Below, one piece after another: positions 49,531 to 63,991 of a stretch of 64,000 nucleotides of DNA. The DNA is from Macrostomum lignano (taxonomy: Eukaryota), in the NCBI GenBank assembly GCA_002269645.1, contig NIVC01001113.1, forward strand, positions 1-64,000. Reading direction: 5' to 3'. The stretch's first letter is position 1. The number at the start of each line of letters is the position of its first letter. The translations under genes were made by a program, and so were the position numbers. The notes under the pieces are model-generated. The model saw nothing but the letters and a program-made list of their open reading frames with translations, had not been told where the DNA came from and searched no databases.

Positions 49531-51736
49531 ACTCCAATTTTTGCTTACTTCTATCATAACTAATACCTTTACCCTCTACCTTTAACTTTTAACATATACA
49601 AACAACACGTCAGTTTTAGTATATTGAGATACGTTTGAAACTATTATCCATGATACAAAAATCAAATGTCTTGTGCTAGTAGTGCTACTAGCTTTAGTAG
49701 GTAGTAATACCTGCTGAAAAGGGAAGTGTTTTTTGTTTTACTTAGTCTAATTTCACTAACGAAATCTGTCTTCTCCGAGACTTGAAGCTACGTCATACCC
49801 CACCCCAATCACAGCCAATAGGAAATGAGGAAATATATAGACCTATTCCTATTCAAGCAGCCATTCAGAGCTGTGGCCATCTTGGTGTGTGGCCATCTTG
49901 GTCATGCGCCGCTGAGGGCGTGCATTCTGCACGCCAGAATGCACCAAACTTTTTGGGATTACAACAATAAAGGACTTTTATTTTTTGCCATTGTGACAAT
50001 AAATGGCAATTTTTGGGAGGGAAGCCATTGAAATGAACAATAATGCTAAGGCCTAGTCTAACATATTCATATCACCCTTTCCCAGGCAAGCAAAAAGCTT
50101 TAGGGCCTAGCCTAGCAAATTTTTATTTATTGATGTTTTTGTTTTGACCTTTAAATATCTAAATAACTTTCAGCTTCAATATTCCAGTAATATTTAGGTC
50201 AAATCCTATTATAGGCTATAGCCAGTGGCCATTATTGTAGATAGCATCCAGTATAGATTGGTCCTTGGCAATATAGGCATAGTTTGATGTATAGGCATGG
50301 ACTAGGCCTAGCTAGCAGCATGCCAGTGCTCTCTAGTAAGTCAGTGACTAGTGCAAGAAAAAGGGATGTCTTGTGCAGTTTGGACCTTGGCTGTAGAAAA
50401 GGGGTCAAAAAGAAAAAATGTAAGCAAAGCAAAATTTTATATAAGGACTAAAAATAGCAATATTGGTCATTTTGATTAATTACATAGTAAACATTCTATT
50501 AGCATATTCTGTTGACTGTTGGCATGTTGTGACTAGGCCTATATTATCTAGTACTTAAAACAAATCACTTGTCATTACATTGTATATTATATATTAGCTA
50601 GGACTAGTTTATTTTTCATATATATAAATAAATATAGGCCTGTAGGCATACAAAAAATATATAGAAGCTTTATGCATTGTATAGGCCTTATTTCATTTCT
50701 TTAATAGTAGACATAGCCTAAGCTCACTCAAACTTATTGTCCAACTTACTAGGCCCCACTATCCCTCTTCTATACTATACTTAGCAGATTATAGGCCTAG
50801 GCCTACCTAGCAAAAGATAATTTTTTTTTCTATAGCTTTTTAATTTTGTTGAAATTCTTCAAGTTTATCTTGTTAATTTTTTGCAGTTTTGATATGATCC
50901 TAATTTTGTTTCTATAAAGGTTTTTGATAGGCCTAGTGTTGATTTCAAACTTGAGCTTCATTTTTTGATAGCTTCAACCTAACTATATATAATTTAAAAG
51001 TGAAAACCAACCACTAGATCATACTAGGGAATGGGGGTTTTAGGGTGGGACAATTCTTTATGGAGGTTGATTTTAGTGACAAATACTTGAATAGAGGCAT
51101 AGAAACCTATTCAAGATTACTGATAAATTCTAGACTAAGGAAGAGATTGACCCATACATGCTTAACACCTAGCTGACCTGGCCAATTTGGCTAGGTGGCA
51201 AGAGGTCTAGCCAACCTAAGTTGCAAAAATGCTAACCTAAAAAATACAGATAAATTATACTAATTTGAAGACAAAGCATTTAGACTTAATAATATAGTTA
51301 TAATGACTTCTTTTGTTTAACCCAAAATTACATTAATTTTGCTTTAGGGATTTTTCATATAGGTAAGTTGCATTTTTGGTCTAAAAGTAAGTTGCATAGC
51401 AAGGTGAAATTTTGTAGCTGGGCATATATGGGTTGACCCAACCAAAAAAGTCAATGAGCAACCACTATGGCATAGGGAAAGTTTAAAGATAAAAGTTTAA
51501 AGGTGGGGAATCTCAAAAATCCTATTGTAGCAAATCTCAAAAATGCGTAGATGCCCTATTAGGTGCATAGCTGCCCAAGCTAAATTTTATCAGAGGCAGG
51601 CAGTGGTAGCCATACATTGTACAGAAGAAAAAATTTCACATGCACGCAAGACACTATCTGTGCATACCCCTGTTTGCTGCAATCAAGAAATTCTTCATGG
51701 AGGTTGAGTTTATCAATGCAAATATAAAAAGGCCTA

Positions 51737-53051
51737 CAAGGGGTAAGCAATAAGTTTCTGGATATGCCCAGACAAAAATAGTTAAAGAGAAAAAACTCAC
51801 ATCTTTTTAAAGTATTCTCTAGCAGTTTTGATGCAAATTTTTATCCACTCAAACCATTTGCTGAAGCAGCTGGACCAATCTAAAGCAGGCACCTCCTCCA
51901 CATGCTGAATGAAGGTCTCCACTGCAGCTTCTGATGATCCATCAGTGGAATCCACGCATCTTGCCTTGCACTTGATTTGTGGAAACACAAAAAAGTCGCA
52001 GAGGGCCAAGTTGGGGCTGTAGGATGGATGATTAAGCTCTTGAATATGCTCTCTAGCCGGGAACTCAACCACCCACCAAGACTTGTGGGCTAGGACATTG
52101 TCATGATGGAGAAGGATGCTCCAAGCTTGAGTCCTTGGGCGACGCCTGGAGAGAGTGCTCAGCACTTCTGGAAGACAAACATTGGCATACTAGTCACCAG
52201 TGACTGTGCACTGCTGCACCAGTGTAATTGTGGCTAGATGTCTGGTTCTTGCTACAAAAATGGCCACCATCTGCTTTGTCATGCTGCACTCTTGCCAAAG
52301 CTTAGATGGTGGGGTGCCACCAACTAGGGTCTACTGGGCCAACTGCTACTTAGTCTATGGGTCAAAACTGTAAATCTAGGACTTGTCACCACTGACAATA
52401 TCCTAGACTGAGTTTGAGTTGCCTCTGTTGAATCTGTTGAGCATGCTATGGCACTAGGTCACCTGAGCCTTCTTCTGCTCCATAGTCAGCTGATGAAGCA
52501 CCTAGCATGCAAAAATCTTGCTCAGGTTGAGCTGTGAAATATGAATGCAGGATTGTCCTGATAGATCCTGATGAGATGCCCACCTTTGCCTCTATCTGAG
52601 CCACAGTGACTCAGGCATCATCCTCAACAATGGCCCAAACAGCAGAAATATTCTCCTTAGTCATTGTGGAAACAGACTGGCTGCTATGCTCCTCATCATC
52701 TAGCCTCTGCTTGTCGCGTCAAAATTCACTAAACCAATCAAAAATGGTGGATCTAGATGATGCTTCATCCCCAAAAGCTCTTTGGAGTCGCTCAAAACTT
52801 TCTTGCAATGCTATTGCAAACCACTTTTAAAATCATGGCTCTAAAATTACTTCTATTGAGCTCCATTGTGAATTTAAGAGATAAGATGGGTATGCTAGCT
52901 TGGTTTTAGTGCTGCATTGGCTATATATGACCAGTGTGTCTGAAACATTACAAACATTGTACTTGTATAATGCAATTGATGCCTATGATGTCAGATTTTG
53001 TCAGCTGCCTCTCAACTTTGTGCATCCAGAAACTTATTGCTTACCCCCTTG
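51737..53051 (-). mobile_element. Full-length degenerate mariner transposon (1315 bp), transposase pseudogene 52866-51797
   Basis: TA flanks at 51735-36 and 53052-53. TIRs of about 27 bp (CAAGGGGTAAGCAATAAGTTTCTGGAT). N-terminus MELNRSNFRAMI; C-terminal LHHDNVLAH...HPSYSPNLALCDFFVF...YFKKM. Reading frame is broken. Confidence 0.92.
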
Positions 53052-53265
53052 TATTATAGATATTTACAAGCTGTTGAAACCCGCGGATTTTGAACCCGGG
53101 GAACTCATTCCCCAGAATTATTTTTGCATGTAATCTAAAATCTGAGGTCAAACTCAAACAAAAACTTGTTAATAGTTAGGATGGAGTTAAACATAAAATA
53201 GAGTATAGATTCGTGTAAAATTAGGATTTGAAGCAAACATTGATATTGTTGGCTGGGGTGCTGCG

Positions 53266-54868
<1,603 letters not shown>

Positions 54869-55469
54869 CTTCGAAAGCCAGTTTGTGCATGGGATGGGAA
54901 GTAATACTATCATGGTTGTTATTTGTTATCATTTCTCATGCTTTAATCGCGTCATCTTTCTGGCCAATTAGCAGCCCTGAGAGGAATTTGTGTATCTCCA
55001 TTCTCCAGCTCCACCACCAGTCTGCAGCAGTCTAACAACCAAGGAAATACGCATTTCTTCGTAGCCATTTAAATTTTAAAGTTACCTTATGCGAATCTTA
55101 ATGTTAAAAGCTTCATGCTGTAACTAACTAATTTAGTAGGATTGCATTGTAATCAGTTATTCATTAATTTTTCGATATTTTTACAAACCATCCCACATCG
55201 CCTTGATTTGCCATCCTTGTTTAACTGCTGCAGACTTGTCTATTCAGAGGACAGTGGTTTGAAATTGAATCTCTCGCTAAACTCTCTCCTCTCCACGCCT
55301 CTCCACTCGCGGGGTACAGAGAAGGCTATTAAAAAGTTATTCCAAAACACTGTACATTCGCTATGTACATTGAGCCCTATCGCCTGACCCTTCGTCTGGC
55401 TCTGGGGGAATGAGTGAGTGAGTGGCACAAACAACAGAAAAAGCAGACAAACTTTACATGTTTACAGTT

Positions 55470-56066
55470 TCTGTTCTGATTGAGTTAGAGAGTTGAAACT
55501 TTACATTTAGACAGAGAATAAGTCAATGAAGAATTGTGTCAAGTTTGAAGTCAATCGCTTTACTTGGAGCAAACTTATGGCAGCTGAAAGTTAGTCAATT
55601 TTGAAACCCTTTTAAACATCTGGGCCCAGATCGGGAAAGAGAGGCAGGCGGGCGGAGGTTGGGGTGGCTGCCTCGCTAAAAAAAACAGCCAAACTTTAAA
55701 AGTGCACAGCGGCTTTCAGGATTAACTTTGAGATTTGAAATTTTACACGATTGTGTCAAAATAGTTGAAAATTGCCTGTGTCAAATTTGAAGAGAATCGG
55801 TAGAAGTGGAGCGGCGCTATGGAGGATTTAGTGAAAAAATCGCGCATTTTGAGCAGTTTTTTGTACTTTTAGGTAGGAAGACTTGAGTCTAGGAAATTAA
55901 AAGGTAGCCTAAGACATTCTCCGTAGTGAGTTTAGGGTGGGTGTAAAGTTTGGTGTAATTTGGTTGAGTGGTTTGGGAGTCCATAGCGATCAAAATTGTC
56001 CACACACAGACACACACACACACACACACACAGACACACAGAGTTTTGATTTTTATAGTTAGATAT
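55470..56066 (+). mobile_element. Probable non-autonomous rolling-circle (Lep1/Helitron-like) element
   Basis: Internal AAGTTTG/AAATTTG...AATCG subrepeats, a (CA)/(GACA) microsatellite near the 3' end and a TTTTATAGTTAGAT terminus. Called on architecture only. Confidence 0.4.
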
Positions 56067-56309
56067 ATTATACGATTGATTACTTATATAATTGATCTAT
56101 TCAGTAAGAGTTGTTTATGTAGAACACAAGGGCAAAGGTAGCAACAAATCATAATATAGGAAATAAGAAGCATAGCACATTGTAAAAATAACAAATTTTA
56201 AAAAGGGAATAGTGACATGGCAATTTTTTTACATTTAAACAAAACTCAACATTAAATTTAATGAAGCCATTTTTATTCACTGTACATTATAATTTTAAAA
56301 TGTTAAATA

Positions 56310-57137
56310 TGAGGGGTGTCCCAAAAGTTCCCGGAATGTCTAACATAGCTCTTCAACAGAGCCATGAAATTTCACGCCTATGGTGTCAAATGAAAGGAAA
56401 TTTTGTCACAAAGAATACAAAGTTAAAATCATGTTGATATCTTTTTTTATTCAAGAGCTACAGCAAGAAACTTGCGCAAAGGTCAGCGGTAGTGTTACAC
56501 AACCTCAACAATCTATGGCAATAATTTTTTCATCTCCATTTTTGGAGTTTTTCATTTTGAATTCGTGCTACTGACGTGTCAGAAAGACGTGGTAGTGTCT
56601 ATGGAAAAAGCAGAAATGCTCATAAAGCTAATCTGAGCTTTTGCGCGAGTGCAGATAATTCGTACCAAGCGCTTGCTTTCAACTTGAAATTTCTTTGTGA
56701 AAATGAGTTCTCTTCAGAGCCTTGAAAGTCAGGGAAGTCAAGTTTTTGCCCTTTGGTCAGTAGGATGGAGTGGAGCCAAGATTTCTGACCACTTATTCTC
56801 CATCCACGGTGAGAACAGCCTGAAAAAAACTGCAATTTATGGATTAATCAAACGCTTTAAAGATGGCCAGTCTGCTGTGAATGAATTCAAAATGAAAAAC
56901 TCCAAAAATGGAGATGAAAAAATTATTGCCATAGATTGTTGAGGTTGTGTAACACTACCCCTGACCTTTGCGCAAGTTTCTTGCTGTAGCTCTTGAATAA
57001 AAAAAGATATCAACATGATTTTAACTTTGTATTCTTTGTGACAAAATTTCCTTTCATTTGACACCATCGGCGTGAAATTTCATGGCTCTGTTGAAGAGCT
57101 ACGTTAGACATTCCGGGAACTTTTGGGACACCCCTCG
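56310..57137. mobile_element. Mariner-derived MITE, 828 bp, with 255-bp inverted arms
   Basis: TA flanks at 56308-09 and 57138-39. Ends are (C/T)GAGGGGTGTCC. Arms 56310-56564 and 56883-57137 differ at only a few sites. The spacer encodes a mariner N-terminal HTH remnant, IHGENSLKKTAIYGLIKRFKDG. Confidence 0.92.
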
Positions 57138-57168
57138 TACTAGAATCATTCCACAATAGGGTCCTATC

Positions 57169-57865
57169 CAAGGACGACTTAAGTAGAAGGACGGGAAACC
57201 TCGTTTCTTAGAAAAGTTTTGAAGGCACTTTTTCCCGAAAAAATACACTACGGAGATAGGAATTTTTCATTTTTTCAGCACAAAAATTGTTATTGCGTTT
57301 GATAGGAGGCAGATCCAGTGTTCATCTCTTGATATGTTGTGCCTTTTTTTTGCTCTATCGATATTTATAAAGCTTTTCGTTCAGGAAATTAGGATTCTAT
57401 GTTAATTTTTTATTCTTCGTATATTTTCGCGTGTCTTGTGCTTGAAATACATTAGAATGCCACGGCTCGGCTCTTTGGTTTTATGAGTCTATTTTATCAT
57501 TCTTACCCGACTGTGTAGCAAATATTTGTAACAGAGATGATAAAATAGGTTCATAAAACCAAATATTGGAGCTGTGTCATGCATTTTTGTGATTTTTAGA
57601 TACAGGAAACATACGTAGAATCAAAAATTAACATAGAATCCTAGTTTTCTGAACAAAAAGCTTTATAAATATCGATAGAGCAATAAAAAAGGCACAACAT
57701 ATCAAGAGATGAACACTGGATCTGCCTCCTATCAAACGCAATAACAATTTTTGTGCTGAAAAAATGAAAACTTCCTATCTCCGTAGTGTATTTTTTCGGG
57801 AAAAAGTGCCTTCAAAACTTTTCTAAGAAACGAGGTTTCCCGTCCTTCTGCTTAAGTCGTCCTTG
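57169..57865. mobile_element. Foldback MITE, 697 bp, with 8-bp TSD (hAT or P superfamily)
   Basis: GTCCTATC is duplicated at 57161-68 and 57866-73. TIR begins CAAGGACGACTTAAG, and the arms are complementary over roughly 330 bp. Confidence 0.92.
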
Positions 57866-59399
57866 GTCCTATCATGTTTTTGAATTTTAAGCACTTGTAA
57901 CTGTTGAACCATATAGATAGAAGAAAGCTGTAAAAAAGCTATGTGTGTCAAAATTCTAGTTCTATATACTCCACAGATCTTATACAAATTTAATGTCATT
58001 TTACAAAATATAGGCATCTATTATTATCTGTTTGAATAATGTTTAGCAAATCATCTGATTTAATGGCAATAGTCCATGGGTTTTGAACATAAAAAAATAA
58101 AATTATTATTACAAAAACTGAGACCTGCTTACTAAGCTACTTTGCCAAACCAAAGCTTATAAATTCATGGCTATTTATGATGCCATGGTCAAGCTCTATA
58201 AGTCATGGCTATTGTATTTCATTACATTTGTACAAAACTGACATCAACTTATTGTGACTTTTTGTTTGTAACTTATTTGTATGCCTCTTTTATATTTTTA
58301 TTGTTGAATTTTCATTCTTTGTTGAATGTCAAATTAAATATTTACTTGTCAATTTTGGATTTTTACTTTTATAAAGCAGAGAAATAATTACAATGATGAC
58401 AAGTCCACTGCGTAAATTTGAAATTACAAGCATTAAAATTTGATTGACCTTAAGTAACTAAGACTGCTTTCAAATTAAATGCTTGTTAAATGTTGATTAA
58501 CTGGGTCTGAATATATATTTCTATTCAACCAAAACATTGCTTATGTAAATATGCCATTTTTGAAAATTAATATACTTTTTCACCTTTTCAGGTCATATTG
58601 GACATACCTTTGTAAGCAAGTGAACTCAAGCTGGCTTGGCAAAGTTGATAAAAGAAGTTGAGTTCAAAGACAATAAGAAATATTATTTTGTTTTTGTAAG
58701 AAAGATAAAAATACCTTTTTTACAATTCACTTCTTTATTTATTTATCAACCTAGAATGAATCAATCTTAATATATATTGGACATTCTGTTCAAATCAAAA
58801 CTTTAAAAATTCAATGCACTGACAGCATGCACTTATCATGAAATAATGTTGATAATAACTAGTTTCTTGTTACAAGATATCTGTCACATTTCTTGTTGCT
58901 GCTTCCATTGCTTACTAGCATCAAAATTGTATTGAAAATATACAATCATTTCAATAAAGTATATATTTGTTTTTGTTTTATAGATATTCATAGATATTTT
59001 ATTATGTAGGAATGTATCTAATCAAAATAGTTTATATGATTTTCTCTTTGTCTTCAATTTTTTAACTTATTAATACTTTGTGAATTTAGGGAGAAACTCA
59101 AAATTTTTGAAAATGTAAGTTTTCACAGACCTACAAGATATGTAAATGTTTTTAATTTTCTTGATGGGCTACTGTAAGTAGTGTTTTTTTGCTGGATTAT
59201 AAAACAAGAAGTAATTGCCAGGGGCTCTGTAGTGACAATTCTTAAGCTTCATCTAGCATTAATTAACAGTAGAATTACCAAGGGGAGGGGAGAACCCCCC
59301 TTGATCATTTTTTGCTTCGCTGGAATGGAGCAACGCAGGCACACAAAAAAATTGTTGTGCACGTTGAACGATTCTGCCGTAAGGTCGGGTTTTTCCCAC

Positions 59400-59949
59400 A
59401 AGCGCCAGTGTATTCAGTACATCCCTGTGTGCCGGTCAGCACTGCGCCTCAGTGCGGCCTTGCCGGGCCTCCAAACGTCATCAGCACGTCGAGCACATGT
59501 CTGCATCAGCTCTGACTTCGTTATAGTTACTGGCCTTCGCCCAGGCTTGAATATGGACACCGTGTAGCGAATTTGTGTAGTTTAGTTGATCAAGCCTTAA
59601 CTGTTGGACTCTCAAGCATTCTGTCATCACCCCGACGCCGTCGGCACCTTCAACAGGTGACACCAGGCGTACACAATACTATTGCAATAAAAAACAAAGG
59701 AAAATTAGCGCAATTTATGATATCTATTATTGCACACTCGACAATTGTATTTGATCGTCAAATTGTAATTTTACTTGTCACCTGGCGCCATCTGTTAACT
59801 CCACCTGAGTAAAGGCCATTGACCAACGAAGTCAGAGCTGATGCAGACGCATTTGGTCGACGTGCTGATGAAGTTTGGATGCTTAGCAAGGCTGCACTGA
59901 GGCGCAGGGCTGATTGGGGCACAAGGGTGTACTAAATACATTGGCGCTT
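59400..59949. mobile_element. MITE-like element with ~137-bp imperfect inverted repeats
   Basis: 59400-59537 pairs with 59813-59949 (AAGCGCCAGTGTATT / AATACATTGGCGCTT; GCATCAGCTCTGACTTCGTT exact). No TSD recognised. Confidence 0.75.
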
Positions 59950-60604
59950 TAAATCTCAACGGTCCGGAGGTTTGGCGACTTGATTCTTGTTTGAGAAGGT
60001 GCGCAACAAAAAGTTAGTCCGTGTTCTAGAGTTTCGTGTGCCTCCCCCCAGGTAGTTCGATGGGCAGAAAAATGGCTTAGTATTTCTAATGCTAACAGGG
60101 AACACAATTTGTAGATTGTGAAATTCGGTGCACGAATCTCTAAGAAATGCCTTGAAATGAAGAAAAAATTGTACTTCAGATGTGCAAATTTGATTTAAAC
60201 TCGCAGCAGGGGCTGGCTTTTTATGCTTCTGTATTTTTGCATAGTTCGTTTAAGATGCTGGCTCTTAGGTATGCAAATAAAATTTACTGAGAAGACTACT
60301 CAAACATACTGAGCGTATACAATGAGGCAGATTTTCGCCTTGGAATTGTGCGCTTGTGCATGGCTTAAAATGCGTCTACTTCATAAGTAGGACTAGTAGG
60401 CAAGCCCCGCAGGGTCTGTCTGTCTTCTTACAATCGAATAAATAGCCCGGCAGCAGGCGAGAGTGAGAAAAACCGGTATGAGCCAAATAAGTGGTCCGAC
60501 ATGCTCAGCTGAGATATAATAAAGCATTGCAAATTGGCACTTCTTTTGCTAGTATTGTCTCTTTTATAGTAGAGTTAGCTAAAACGCTTGGCTAGCCGGA
60601 CCAA

Positions 60605-63600
60605 ATGTTTAACTCCCCAGACAGTCTGTCTGGCCAGCAGCAGCACCGTCCAGTCTCTGGACGGATGTGGCGCACGAGTTCGGGACTGTTGGATCCCAGC
60701 ACAGCTCCACCGCGGCCGCAGCGGATCGACATTCGGCTACCAGTATCGCTGGCCCAGCTGCAGGCTCAGCAGGCTTCATCTGCTGTGCCTCCGGCTCCGC
60801 CACCAATGCAGAGTATAAACGCTTTTATGCGCAGACAGAGCACCATGGAGGATCGCAATTGGGACCAGGCCCTGGCCGCAGCCGGTCTGCAGCACCTCGG
60901 CAATTATTCGTCGTCATTATCAACTTCGATTGCTCGAACTGGCACGCGCGGATCATCGAGCGCCGTGGGACTGCGAAGGCCGCGAACAGCCGGCGCAAAT
61001 CACTCGACTCTGCGATATCGAGCAGCGGCCGCAGGTGGCTCTGGCGGTGTTAATCAAGCTTTGACTCAGCCAGCGCCATCTCCGGCCAGTAGCGCTGCAA
61101 AACTGCCGACAACCCCATCTATTCAATCGAAGTTGATGCAAGATTTATCAGTCCAGCAGCATTCGACAATACAGTCAACTGCTCAGCAACAATTGAACGG
61201 TGCAGAAGTTGCTCGTTCATTGGAGAAGCCGGCAGAGCTGCCTCATCAGACTACAGAGCTGCAGACAGTGCTCAGTTCCTCAGTTGAGACGGCAACGCAA
61301 CAGCCGTCGATAACTTCTCCAGCTGTGAAATCAGCTAGTCCATCCGAGCTGCAATCTTTGCAGCCAAGTGACTCGCTCAGTGGTAAAAATTCATCCGAAG
61401 AACCGGTTTCAATGAAGTACGACCTTGAAGTTGTTTATTTTAGCATCATTCGGTTCCATGCACTTAAGAAATATGTACTCTTTAATAAAGAGTTGGTAAA
61501 CTAGTAGATGACGCCACTATAAGGGAGTGGCCTTACTTTAGTATCTACACCATAGATCAAAGAAGTAACTCCGAGTACCACCAAGTACAAAAAAGTACCT
61601 TCTTTCACACATGCTATAGCTTCCAGGGGCGTCGCCACCGGGGGGGAGAACATACCCCCCCCCCAGTAAAAGCTATGGGGGGAATGCCCATTCTTTGTCC
61701 CCCCACCCAACCTTGCGACCCGTTAAATGAGTGCTGTAGCGCTAAAATGAGTGCCTGCGACGCTAAAATAAGGGCCTGCGGCACCAAAATGAGTGTTTGT
61801 GGCGCTAAAATGACTGCTCTTAGTGCTGATTTTTAATAGAATTATCCACACTAGCTAAAAATGAGGCTATTGCTTATACAGGCAATAATAAGTTTTGGCA
61901 TTAAGCGTTAGTTCAATAGGCTCTAATTCATAGAGTAGAGCCAATACTGTGCTTAAAGTGCAATTAAAATAAAACAACAACAAAATACACCTCGCGCCGG
62001 CCACAGAGAGGGGGTATCCGCACATCTCAAAATTCAGCCCCTCCCTCCCCAGTCAGAGTCAGAACCGGGGCGGTTGCATCCCCAGAAGCAGCTCGGGGTA
62101 GAGCGTTGTTCACCCCTGGCCTCATCGTCTCCGCGCACCCTGCGCCGTCCACAACAGCAGGTCGTGTAACGCATTAAATAAAATAAAAGCATCGATAAAC
62201 ATTGGCTACCCCAACTTAATAAAAGTTTATTTCAATGAAAGATTACCTGGCTCAATCAAGTTCACGACATGGAACAGCAATCTGACGTCTGTATGACGTG
62301 TTTGTCCGTAGCCCAGTGGTAAGAGTGTTGGACTCACGACTTAAAGCTCGGGGTTCAATTCTCGATCCCACTGGACATGTGTCCTTGAGCAAGACACTCA
62401 ACTCTGCATTGCTTCAGTTCACCCAGCTGTAAAATGGGTGCCAGCATTAGCTGAGGTAATTGAGGGTGTGAGTGGCGACCGACCCCCCCCCCCCCCCCCC
62501 AGTCCTTGGACTGAACAGCCGTACGCAGCCTTCAATAGCTGCAGCTGAGCTGTCGGTTGTGTAATGACTCAGAAGTCAGTCTCAATTTTGCAGTGCGAAA
62601 ACGCTTGGCCCTCCAAGTAGGGCGAGAGCGCCGATATATATTTTTTGGCTTTAGGTCTCGACCAATCACGTGCGGCCGCGTAGGCATAACAGGCAAAAAA
62701 GGGGGAGGAAAGCCAGGGGTACAGTGTACACAAACTAAGTACAGTGCTTGAGCACCCCACACTGCTAGGCACCCCGTTTAGCAAAAACAAGCGAGTGCAG
62801 GGCTGCGGCATGACAGGTTGCACATCTGCCTATTGGGGCAGGTGTAATCAATTATTATTATTAATATTATTATTATTATTATACTTAAACGAATTTGTTC
62901 TCTGTCCACAGTTGCGCCACAGCAGTTACTGACCCCGGAGCTAAAGATTCGAACTTAAGTAACCACCGGCAAGACGAGCTATCAAAGACAAACAGCGTCA
63001 ACATAATTCGAGCTCAAACTGCCTCAGTTCGATTGACGCAGCGATCGGTAGGGCGAAGCTCGTCCTCGTCTTCAGCATCAACGTCTTCAGCATCTGACAG
63101 CGACGTCGACAAGAAAGAAACAGTCGATGTTCCTCGGCAACCGCCTCGACCGTCGACGCCAACACCGCCGACGCCAACACCGCCGACGCCACGTCCGAAA
63201 TCTTCACCAGCTACTGGGCAAAACTCGACGACTGCAAGCAAAACAAAGAAGCCGACCGCAGCTAGCCGTCGCAAGCGTCAGCCCGCCCTGCTGCCATCGC
63301 TGTTCCCCGGCGTACCTGCGGCGTTGAATTTCGCCGCCGAAGGCGAATTCTTAGAGCCAGCCAGCTCGCCGGTGCTGGAACGGACCCGACGCCAGCTGCT
63401 GAAGTGGCGGCTGAGTCCGGCTACTCCTGGCGTTGTCAGGCGCGTTGTGGCTCGGAGTGGATTCAAGTTTCTGCCCAGTATGTCGCCGCGTATACTAATG
63501 TAGCTTTGTTTACATCCAACTTTGCCGTTCGTCTACGAATCTTTCCCATGCTTCACTGGCAAGTTATATACATGTAGCTTTTGCCCGAAAACCCACAGTC

Positions 63601-63991
63601 AGCAGCAATTCCTTTGTGACAAGCAGTCGTGTCCATTCTGCTGACCCCTGAGCACGTACGCGAATTCATACTGTATGCATACGTAAGCAACACACTCACA
63701 AGAGCGGCCTTGAATTTCCCAATGTGACGCCTCTGATTCTGTACCAATCAATGGTGCCCCCAAAGTTAAACCCCCACCCTGCAATAAAAACCCTTGCTAA
63801 GCCACTTTTTGTGGATTGGCCCTCATTTGTGCGTGAATCGCACCGCTTGCTCAAAATCAAATTGTTGCCGCACAGGAAATAAACTCTAGCGGGTTTAGCG
63901 CCCTCCACATTGATTTCTACATTCGCAGCTACATTTAACGTTGATTTACAAACTTCAGAGACGGGTCCTGGGGATGAGTTTGATTGTGTTG
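60605..63991 (+). CDS. TTLL4: Tubulin tyrosine ligase-like 4 (tubulin glutamylase), 5' part; continues beyond the window
   Basis: Exon 62912-63478 ends PALLPSLFPGVPAALNF...QLLKWRLSPATPGVVRRVVARSGFKF, which I recognise as the conserved TTLL4 pre-TTL segment (PAL..SLFP.VP...LL.W..S..TP..V...I.RS.FK). It is followed by a 33-nt exon at 63959-63991. The upstream low-complexity exon 60605-61416 joins in phase 2, but that link is less certain. Confidence 0.78.
62305..62480 (+). mobile_element. tRNA-derived CORE-SINE in the TTLL4 intron
   Basis: A box TAGCCCAGTGG (62309) and B box GGTTCAATTC (62352). 62378-62438 (TGTGTCCTTGAGCAAGACACTCAAC...CTTCAGTT...CTGTAAAATGGG) matches the MIR/CORE domain consensus. 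Confidence 0.8.
62569..62823 (-). mobile_element. Possible LTR-retrotransposon gag remnant
   Basis: ARDWSRPKAKKYISALSPYLEGQAF resembles the W..K....L...L.G.A pattern of Ty3/gypsy capsids. Weak. Confidence 0.25.

Noticed and set aside
56380-57067. Near-identical small ORFs on opposite strands (MVSNERKFCHKEY...)
   Set aside because: Mirror translations of the MITE inverted arms.
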